This document shows, one piece after another, positions 26,201 through 32,000 of a DNA stretch of 32,000 bases. Origin of the DNA: Desulfocapsa sulfexigens DSM 10523 (GTDB taxonomy: Bacteria > Desulfobacterota > Desulfobulbia > Desulfobulbales > Desulfocapsaceae); the NCBI RefSeq assembly GCF_000341395.1, contig NC_020304.1, positions 3,900,001-3,932,000 on the forward strand, read 5' to 3'. A program made the position numbers and the translations under genes. Position 1 is the stretch's first letter. Each line of letters starts with the position of its first letter. The notes below the pieces were generated by a model, which was not told the origin of the DNA, did not search any database, and saw nothing but the letters and a program-made list of their open reading frames with translations.

Positions 26201-29200
26201 TTAAATGGGATGACTACTCCGACAACTATTCAGAAAGCAGCACCCACAAAGATTTTCAGCTGATCAAAGTTGAGGATGGCCACCAAACAATAATTGACCA
26301 GATAGATCACGCCGAATTACCCAGTGATTTCACATTATCAGTCAATGTATCCAACGATAGCGGCATATCAATATCTGTTGACGGTGAAGAAAAACTCAGA
26401 GCTGCAGATGAACATCCAGCCATCAACACAATTGGCCTCAATACTGGCGATAACGATAGCGGTATCAGTTATGACAATGTATCGGTTATTAATAATGATA
26501 TTCCAATAGAAGATACAACATCTATTGACGGTACCTATGGTACATTAACCCTTAACCAGGATGGCAGTTATTCTTACGAACTCAATGATGCCAATAACGA
26601 TGTACAAATGCTTCATGATGGTGAACAGCTCACAGAGACCTTCGCTGTCAATGTCCTTGAAAACCACTCAGGAGAAGCAGGAACTGAAACACTGAACATT
26701 ACCATTAATGGAAGCAATGACGGCCCCGTTGCAATAAACGACAGTACAGTATCAGAACTCGCAACAGTCTTCCAGGATGATTTTAACGATGGCAATACTG
26801 ATGGCTGGACTGAGATTAGTTACAACGACGCTGATACTGGCAATTGGCAAGCTGTTGATGGTGCTATTGGCGAAAGAAGTAATTCCGCAAGAGGAATCAT
26901 GGCCCATAACATGGGTGATGATGCAGAAAGCACCAATTTTGAAGTTTCGGTGGACGTTCATGCCAACTCTGGACAAACTGGAAATAATAATGTTGGAATT
27001 ACATTTGGATATGAAGACAACAGTAATTACTACATGGTCAAGTGGGATGATTACTCCGAAAACTACTCAGAAAGCAGTACCCATAAAGATTTCCAGTTAA
27101 TCAAAGTTGAAAATGGCCACCAAACAATAATTGATCAAATAGATCAGGCAGATCTGCCCAGTGATTTCAACTTGTCAGTAAATGTGTCCGACGATAATGG
27201 TATAGCTATTATGGTTGATGGTAAAGAAATGCTGACAGCAGTAGATGAACATCCTGCTATTAACACGATCGGCCTTAACACTGACGACAATGACGGCGGC
27301 ATCAGCTACGATAATGTCTCGGTTAAAGTAGCATCCGACCAGACAATTGTGACCGACGAAGATAGTTCCATTGTTGTCACTGCTGACAGTCTCCTTGCCA
27401 ACGATACAGATGTTGAGGGAGACACTCTGTCCATTTCCGCTGTATCCGAAAATGTGCTTGATGTTGATGGCAATATTGTTGGCACCGCCTCCCAGGATGA
27501 CAGTGGCAACATCGTATTCACCCCTGGTGATGCCCTTGATGCTCTTGCGGAAGGTGAGAGTACAAATGTCAACTTCACGTACACGGTCAGTGATGGCCAG
27601 GGTGGAACTGATACAGCCACCGCTACGATCACCGTCACAGGAAAAGATAACGACCTCACCTATGTTTCTGAATCAGCTGGCTATAAAAATGTCGTCGGAA
27701 TGTATGAAACCGACGACCAGGGCAATCCTGTCAGTGGTACCGTGATAATCGACGATCAAAATGGCATGGCAGGTGGCACCCATCTTGCCGATCTGGAACC
27801 TGGCAATTATGAATTTTTCATTATAGCCAACGGTGCAAATGAGGTGGATACTGAGAGCAGTATCAGCTTTGATACCAGCGGAGATAAACCAATACTTTTG
27901 ATTGATGGAGAACCCGCTGCCCACCCCGTCTATTTCACCGAACCAGGTTTTAACCCTGACGGCAAGGATCATTTTCATTTCGAATCAGACGGTGAAGGTG
28001 GCACCTTCATCAAGATAGAAGACTTACCCGACCTTGGGGATGCTGATTTTGAAGATGTGGTGCTTCACACCAACTTCGAGATGGATGACAGAACAGCCAG
28101 TGGCGAGCTTTCTGACGGTGATCAGGCAGCAAACAGTGTGGTGGAAAATACTGCTCCAGAGGCCATCGCTGACATAGCTGACATCAAAGCCTTTGAACTA
28201 CCCGAAGGCGGCAGTATTGTCTCAACGGAAAGCAATACCATCGTGGTCAAAGGTGAAATTGTCACTGAAGGTGACACGGGGTCGAGTGTTGACCAGTGGA
28301 CATTTCACCATGGCGGAGGACCATTGACCATCGATACCCTTTCGGAGAGTGGCACAAACTTCACTGACATTGACGGTGACGGTGCTAAGAACCACATCGA
28401 CACCATGATGCGTCTCTATGACGAGGACGGGAACCAGGTCGCCATGAATGACGACAGCAGCATGCAGACCGGTGACGGTTCAACCAATGATTACTTCTCT
28501 CATATTCAGGACTCCTATATCCAGGTCGATGATCTGCCTCCCGGTAATTACTCTCTTGCCATCGGGTCCTGGGAGCTTACCCAGGATGAAGTAGCAAATG
28601 GCCATAACGACAACTCTGATCAGAATATACGCTATGACCATGCCCAGGATACCGGCCCCTATCAAATAACCCTCACAGGAGACGTATCCTTCTCAGAGGA
28701 AAGTCCTCTTGCCACTGATGAAGACACAGGACTCACCATCAACGCTGACACCCTTCTTGCTAATGATAGCGATGTTGATGGGGACAGCCTCAGTATCGTG
28801 GCAGTGGGTACACCGGTGGATGCAGACGGCAAGGTGGTGGGAACCACCGAACTTGTAACAGAAAACGGCGAACAGCAGATTCGCTTTGTACCGGGTGCTC
28901 AGCTCGATTCCCTTGAAACTGGAGAATCAAGCAGTGTCAGCTTCAGTTACACCATCGATGACGGCCAGGGGGGGACCGATACAGCCACTGCTACGATCAC
29001 CGTTGCAGGAACAGATAACGACCTCACCTATGTTTCTGAATCAGCTGGCTATAAAAATGTCGTCGGAATGTATGAAACCGACGACCAAGGCAATCCTGTC
29101 AGTGGTACCGTGATAATCGACGATCAAAATGGCATGGCAGGTGGCACCCATCTTGCCGATCTGGAACCTGGAAATCATGAGTTTTTCATCATAGCCAACG

Positions 29201-30366
29201 GTGCAAATGAGGTGGATGCTGAAAGCAGCATCAGCTTTGATACCAGCGGAAACAAACCAATACTTTTGATTGATGGAGAACCCGCCACACACCCCGTCTA
29301 TTTTACCGAACCTGGTTTTAACCCCGACGGCAAGGATCATTTTCATTTCGAATCAGATGGTGAAGGTGGTACCTTCATCAAAATAGAAGACTTACCCGAC
29401 CTTGGGGATGCTGATTTTGAAGATGTGGTGCTTCACACCAACTTCGCGATGGATGACAGGACAATAGTAGAAGAATCCATACTTGACGAACAGTTAAATA
29501 ATTCCATAGCAACAGGGATTGCCACAGCCGGATTTGATACTTCCATAACCGATACTGAAGCAAACGGCATCCATAGCGAAGCGATGGAAGATCTCTCTCT
29601 CAATATGCCATTCCTTACTCTGCCAGGTGACGCTGAAGGGAGCGAACAGGCGGCCGAACCCCAGGAAACAGCAATTGTAACGCAGGACACAGTTCTTCAG
29701 GCTGACACCCCTGTTTCAGAATCATTCACGGAAGACAGCCAACAGAGTTTGAATCCACCCACAGATGATGACCTGGCGCTTTCACTCCCCTCCATATCTC
29801 TCAATGATCTCTTTGACGAACCGGCTGACAACAATTACGATCCTGCAGTAACTACTGAAAACGAAACAAGCGCTGTTAGTAATACCGATGAGAATACGAA
29901 TCCTGCAAATGAAGCAGCAACAGACACAACTGATGAGACATCGACTACCGAAGCTGTGGGTCAGGAACCTCAGGAAGAACTTGTAGATGATGCCACTGAT
30001 TTACATAGTATTGCTGGCAGTGAGGTTGAAGAAACTGAATTAAATACCGATAACTTACATATAGATCTTGCGAGTGATACTGAATCCGAGTCGTCAACAA
30101 ATTCAGAGGACGAAAGCAGCAGTCTTGATCGATTTGCAGCAACATCAGCCAATGCATCGGAAGATAACGATAACTCTCCTCTTGACAACTTCTCTGCCTG
30201 CAGTCAGTCCGAAGAAACATCAGAATTCTCATCGGTTGAAGAAATTGACACCATAGACGACAATGCCACAGACCAGGTAGACGATGCCGGGTTAAATGAT
30301 GTTAATGCTATCCAGGAAGACCTTTCCCAAGAAGCGGAACAGGTTGACGCGAATGGTGCATGTTGA
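23221..30366 (+). CDS. 2381-aa mosaic adhesin-like putative T1SS substrate (tandem DTDGSE-type repeats, VCBS, cadherin-like, CBM-like, 2x LamG/lectin-like, 2x cadherin-like+DUF4114, PPC-like; acidic disordered termini)
   Basis: A single uninterrupted ORF preceded by a GGAG Shine-Dalgarno sequence 5 nt upstream. The recognised segments are: VCBS-like (GTYGFLDVATDGSWTYNLNND...TGTNDA at 24640-24925, and GTYGTLTLNQDGSYSYELND at 26488-26745); cadherin-like (24958-25245); FINDAYD...DRNLVVKELNIGG, which resembles a Ca-dependent CBM (25246-25760); DEDxxxxxxADxLLANDTDVxGDxLS plus FTYTVSDGQGGTD, which resemble tandem-95/cadherin-like repeats; GYKNVVGMYE...FIKIEDLPDLGDADFEDVVLH, which resembles DUF4114; and a PPC-like beta-sandwich (28280-28683). 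Confidence 0.9.
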   Translation: MSSENNPVSSSSSPIGNSTENTQQDWMDLDQQGVAGETLKAKKWTTQRRLVDDASYQGNIHTGTEATTELNKSDTLSGDALNYQSIANEGKETQDNNGPEEFSDESQRGLSPDMDSLNRTDTPSATSAAYEHTTEAESLVTSSGSDTLKFEEHIDEAKSHGRTATENKSTTRLAQPAATETPPEDLPLENSSQERNTATVSELQQKSEISDAVDPSTQTPTTAPGSAPEPVPDHEIITESSASAPILTTADAIGVEDTMIAIDISSQLTDTDGSESLAITIGGVPEGAFLSAGTSLGNGEWQLTPDQLENLSLTPPANSDEDFSLTVTATSTESHGGQQNSRSEIIDFFIEAVPDTPELTTVAATGTEDTAITLDISTALTELDGSEILSAITLSGLPEGSIVSAGTQNIDGSWSVAQDDLEGLQLTPPKDYSDNFEINLSVTATDSNGSTSTSTAVLPVTITAAPDEAVISGSGAILAEDTLQTASGQLTVVDPDADEAHFTAETIEGTYGFLDVATDGSWTYNLNNDADTVQQLGTGDTVTDTLTVTSADGSTHDLVMTITGTNDAISVVSDSNTAPNTIMENAADGTEIHLSGLATDADGDAILYTLVDDQGNEITNGPFSINRESGVVTLQDRSLIDYETESSHTLHIQASSADGTSSTSDFQVQIEDVDIIKTTDLGGDVNGTAVTFTVTGDHYDPKNIQDVGAGSPHYRIRVNGEPLEIDGQNTFSVEANRGHIEDNHVVRDGNDVELVTFRVPQGTDVDSVSIEFINDAYDTSSDRDGDGITTEDRNLVVKELNIGGTVNDDGSIDGGTTLQAEDIEVSQYIASNGADVSGREVMPWQGSMTFYPDGVPQEAPILVDDNANISEDSAVVLTGNILSNDTDANNGSNFSVTGLSGVTVLQDNFDDGNADGWVEISSNGADTDRWQVVDGAIGEKSNSAKGIMAHDMGDSADSTNYEVSVDIHANAGDTYNNNVGLTFGYEDNANYYMIKWDDYSDNYSESSTHKDFQLIKVEDGHQTIIDQIDHAELPSDFTLSVNVSNDSGISISVDGEEKLRAADEHPAINTIGLNTGDNDSGISYDNVSVINNDIPIEDTTSIDGTYGTLTLNQDGSYSYELNDANNDVQMLHDGEQLTETFAVNVLENHSGEAGTETLNITINGSNDGPVAINDSTVSELATVFQDDFNDGNTDGWTEISYNDADTGNWQAVDGAIGERSNSARGIMAHNMGDDAESTNFEVSVDVHANSGQTGNNNVGITFGYEDNSNYYMVKWDDYSENYSESSTHKDFQLIKVENGHQTIIDQIDQADLPSDFNLSVNVSDDNGIAIMVDGKEMLTAVDEHPAINTIGLNTDDNDGGISYDNVSVKVASDQTIVTDEDSSIVVTADSLLANDTDVEGDTLSISAVSENVLDVDGNIVGTASQDDSGNIVFTPGDALDALAEGESTNVNFTYTVSDGQGGTDTATATITVTGKDNDLTYVSESAGYKNVVGMYETDDQGNPVSGTVIIDDQNGMAGGTHLADLEPGNYEFFIIANGANEVDTESSISFDTSGDKPILLIDGEPAAHPVYFTEPGFNPDGKDHFHFESDGEGGTFIKIEDLPDLGDADFEDVVLHTNFEMDDRTASGELSDGDQAANSVVENTAPEAIADIADIKAFELPEGGSIVSTESNTIVVKGEIVTEGDTGSSVDQWTFHHGGGPLTIDTLSESGTNFTDIDGDGAKNHIDTMMRLYDEDGNQVAMNDDSSMQTGDGSTNDYFSHIQDSYIQVDDLPPGNYSLAIGSWELTQDEVANGHNDNSDQNIRYDHAQDTGPYQITLTGDVSFSEESPLATDEDTGLTINADTLLANDSDVDGDSLSIVAVGTPVDADGKVVGTTELVTENGEQQIRFVPGAQLDSLETGESSSVSFSYTIDDGQGGTDTATATITVAGTDNDLTYVSESAGYKNVVGMYETDDQGNPVSGTVIIDDQNGMAGGTHLADLEPGNHEFFIIANGANEVDAESSISFDTSGNKPILLIDGEPATHPVYFTEPGFNPDGKDHFHFESDGEGGTFIKIEDLPDLGDADFEDVVLHTNFAMDDRTIVEESILDEQLNNSIATGIATAGFDTSITDTEANGIHSEAMEDLSLNMPFLTLPGDAEGSEQAAEPQETAIVTQDTVLQADTPVSESFTEDSQQSLNPPTDDDLALSLPSISLNDLFDEPADNNYDPAVTTENETSAVSNTDENTNPANEAATDTTDETSTTEAVGQEPQEELVDDATDLHSIAGSEVEETELNTDNLHIDLASDTESESSTNSEDESSSLDRFAATSANASEDNDNSPLDNFSACSQSEETSEFSSVEEIDTIDDNATDQVDDAGLNDVNAIQEDLSQEAEQVDANGAC
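23953..24624 (+). repeat. two tandem 112-aa (336-nt) coding repeats of the DTDGSE/LDGSE type
   Basis: Copy 1 reads P-ILTTADAIGVEDTMIAIDISSQLTDTDGSESLAITIGGVPEGAFLSAGT...LTPPANSDEDFSLTVTATS. Copy 2 reads P-ELTTVAATGTEDTAITLDISTALTELDGSEILSAITLSGLPEGSIVSAGT...LTPPKDYSDNFEINLSVTATD. The offset is exactly 336 nt. Confidence 0.85.
25933..27324 (+). repeat. duplicated ~185-aa LamG/concanavalin-like lectin-fold domain (copies 25933-26487 and 26770-27324, period 837 nt) separated by a VCBS-like unit
   Basis: LQDNFDDGNADGWVEISSNGADTDRWQVVDGAIGEKSNSAKGIMAHDMG...ISYDNVSV aligns with FQDDFNDGNTDGWTEISYNDADTGNWQAVDGAIGERSNSARGIMAHNMG...ISYDNVSV. Protein identity is high by eye, and I estimate roughly 80% at the nucleotide level. 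Confidence 0.85.
27613..28094 (+). repeat. copy 1 of a 482-nt near-identical direct repeat (end of cadherin-like unit plus DUF4114-like domain)
   Basis: It aligns base-for-base with 28981-29462 at an offset of exactly 1368 nt. I counted about 20-25 substitutions and no indels, which is roughly 95% identity. Confidence 0.9.
28981..29462 (+). repeat. copy 2 of the 482-nt near-identical direct repeat
   Basis: See copy 1. The twin antisense shadow ORFs at 27673-27978 and 29041-29346 in the track reflect the same duplication. Confidence 0.9.
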
Positions 30367-30557
30367 ACAAACAAAACCGGATAACCTGACAGTTTGTCGG
30401 ATATCTTTTTCAGGGCCAGAGGTGAATTGTTTAAAGTTAAGCAGTGACAAAGCTACTTTAATAACATAGGATTATGGAGTAGCATCTGTTTATGTCATGT
30501 ACAGAATAGTTTTTAATCCTGTATGTTAGTATTTACTCTTAACTTGTATTCATTTGC

Positions 30558-32000
30558 ATGATTGTGACATTTTGTGCCATCTTAGGATTGTCACCAAAAA
30601 TTCGTTCAAACATCAGTACGCTGGTGTTGTGTTTAAGTACACTGTGGCTGACAGGATTATTACTTCCAACTCCTGCCCATACAACATCCATCCGTCTTCA
30701 TGAGATCAAGACGACAGATTCTTTTACCACCAGCAGCCTTTCACTACCGAGAACTATAACTACAAAAGAAACAGAAGACCAGGCAACAACTGAATTTTTC
30801 AGCCCCGGTTCAACACGTTCCGAGCCCGATATTCTCAAGGTATATAAAGCACTGTTCAAGCAAACCTGGGAACAATCACCTGATATTCAGGTTGCCAGGA
30901 AAATGAAACAACAGAAAGCAGCAGAGCAATACACCGCCTGGGCCAACAGAATTTCCCCACAACTCGATTTTGAAATTGCTCAGAAACGTTTCCTGAACAA
31001 AGACCTAGCCGACGACACCATACAGACCAGCCTTGAAGAAGAAGTCCCATACACTGACGGAAAGGATATAACAGACTGGAATTTTGATCTGGATATTCCT
31101 CTCTACCGCCGTCCCCTTTCACTGGCTATTGATGTATCACGGATAGAATACGAGCTCGCAGCCAATAATCTTGAAATTAAAACCCGTGAACTTGATGCCC
31201 GGCTCCATGAATTGCTTGGGAACTACATGGTTGCCTCCTACAACCTGCATAATCTCGAAAACTCCATTTTTATTTCCGGTGAACATGTTAACAAAATTCA
31301 GCGTGGTTACGATTTACGGGACCAGACCAAACTGGCCCTACTGAGAGCTCAGGCGAACCTGAAGGAACTTGAAGCCAGAAGAGACCTCAACGGACAGAGA
31401 CGTGACACCACATTTCGGGAGCTTCTCGATTTCACTGCTATCCCCGAGAATGACCCCACTTGGCACTGGCTAAAAGAACTTCTTAACAGTGAACAACGTA
31501 CAGCAGGCTGTATTAACAGCTTTTCAGCATTACAGACAGGCACTGAAAAGATGCAGCCATTTCTGACTGAAGCATTAACGGAGGCGGAGCTACGTGATTT
31601 TTTTGTAAACAACAGCCTGCTCTATAAAAAGATTCTCCTCGAACGTAATCTCGGCAAAATCAAAGCAAAAAAATATACGCAACAGGAATGGCCGGCACTC
31701 TTCGTACGAGGAGAGTTTGACAGAAAAGCAGACACGCAGTTTAACGACTACAACGGTGAGGGCTCCATTGGCCTGGTTCTAAGCGTACCACTCTTCAGTG
31801 GCGGAACAATATTCAGTAATATCAAAACAGAAACTATGGCTTCCGATATTACTTCCATAGAAGAACATTCAACTATTTTAAGAACCTTCAATTCCATTGC
31901 CAATAAGAAAAAAACAATTTCCAGCTTACGCGATATATATGAAAAACAGCAAATCCACCTGCAGCAGCAGCAGGAGATTGTACGACTATCCCTCAAGTCC
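30558..32000 (+). CDS. TolC-family outer-membrane efflux/secretion protein, C-terminus beyond the window edge
   Basis: Absent from the track because it is open at the window end (the frame is in phase through 32000). My translation is MIVTFCAILGLSPKIRSNISTLVLCLSTLWLTGLLLPTPAHT... (signal-peptide-like), then ...PDILKVYKALFKQTWEQSPDIQVARKM...LDIPLYRRPLSLAIDVSRIEYELAANNLE...GLVLSVPLFSGGTIFSNIKT.... This is the typical OEP/TolC repeat pattern. Confidence 0.75.
   Translation, partial: MIVTFCAILGLSPKIRSNISTLVLCLSTLWLTGLLLPTPAHTTSIRLHEIKTTDSFTTSSLSLPRTITTKETEDQATTEFFSPGSTRSEPDILKVYKALFKQTWEQSPDIQVARKMKQQKAAEQYTAWANRISPQLDFEIAQKRFLNKDLADDTIQTSLEEEVPYTDGKDITDWNFDLDIPLYRRPLSLAIDVSRIEYELAANNLEIKTRELDARLHELLGNYMVASYNLHNLENSIFISGEHVNKIQRGYDLRDQTKLALLRAQANLKELEARRDLNGQRRDTTFRELLDFTAIPENDPTWHWLKELLNSEQRTAGCINSFSALQTGTEKMQPFLTEALTEAELRDFFVNNSLLYKKILLERNLGKIKAKKYTQQEWPALFVRGEFDRKADTQFNDYNGEGSIGLVLSVPLFSGGTIFSNIKTETMASDITSIEEHSTILRTFNSIANKKKTISSLRDIYEKQQIHLQQQQEIVRLSLKS

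Noticed and set aside
27673-29346. Twin 101-aa minus-strand ORFs (27673-27978 and 29041-29346)
   Set aside because: They are near-identical only because they lie antisense to the duplicated DUF4114-like coding block. They have no independent coding signal.
23221-30366. RTX GGxGxDxUx repeats, LapG di-alanine site and CRISPR-like periodicity in the giant gene
   Set aside because: There is no tandem nonapeptide pattern and no TAAG-type site. The nucleotide periodicities (336, 837 and 1368 nt) are all in-frame protein-domain duplications, not spacer-repeat arrays.
30386-30410. Terminator after the giant gene (CTGACA-gtt-TGTCGG followed by ATATCTTTTT)
   Set aside because: The stem is only 6 bp and includes a G-U pair, and the T-run is short and interrupted. 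Read-through into the TolC-like gene is equally likely.
30856-31996. Minus-strand track ORFs 30856-31122, 31349-31612 and 31748-31996
   Set aside because: All are antisense to the continuous plus-strand TolC-like reading frame, which carries family-typical sequence.
1-32000. tRNA/rRNA genes, CRISPR arrays, IS elements, integrases, prophage or toxin-antitoxin modules
   Set aside because: Every ORF of 150 aa or longer is accounted for by the calls above. No transposase or recombinase motifs, terminal inverted repeats or short regular repeat-spacer structure were seen.

Overview
This is a 32-kb chromosomal window from a Gram-negative bacterium. The gene content (LpxI-type lipid A pathway, sigma-54 enhancer-binding regulator, Isf-type flavoprotein, dual-CXXC miniprotein) suggests a Desulfobacterota/deltaproteobacterium-like organism, but that is inference only. 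Positions 1-16.5 kb hold ordinary housekeeping genes: a truncated CCA-adding-enzyme-like gene, a thioredoxin-fold protein, a Dus-family tRNA-dihydrouridine synthase, a tightly coupled minus-strand operon glmS-DUF1343-lpxD-fabZ-lpxA-lpxI followed by a sugar nucleotidyltransferase, pyrE, an untracked 56-aa dual-CXXC miniprotein, a PilZ protein, hflX, an aminotransferase, an orphan sigma-54 response regulator and an Isf-like flavoprotein. Positions 16.7-32 kb look like an accessory type I secretion (T1SS) island. It encodes two translationally coupled ABC permease/ATPases whose ATP-site motifs are degenerate in a complementary way, a HlyD-type adaptor, and a receiver + GHKL (RsbW-like) regulator. 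These are followed by a 320-nt leader with a candidate GEMM-I cyclic-dinucleotide riboswitch fused to a strong intrinsic terminator. Next come a 2381-aa mosaic adhesin-like protein with no RTX repeats but large in-frame internal repeats, and a TolC-like outer-membrane gene cut by the window end. I saw no rRNA, tRNA, CRISPR array, transposase or integrase. All family assignments come from motif recognition by eye, and none was verified by search.
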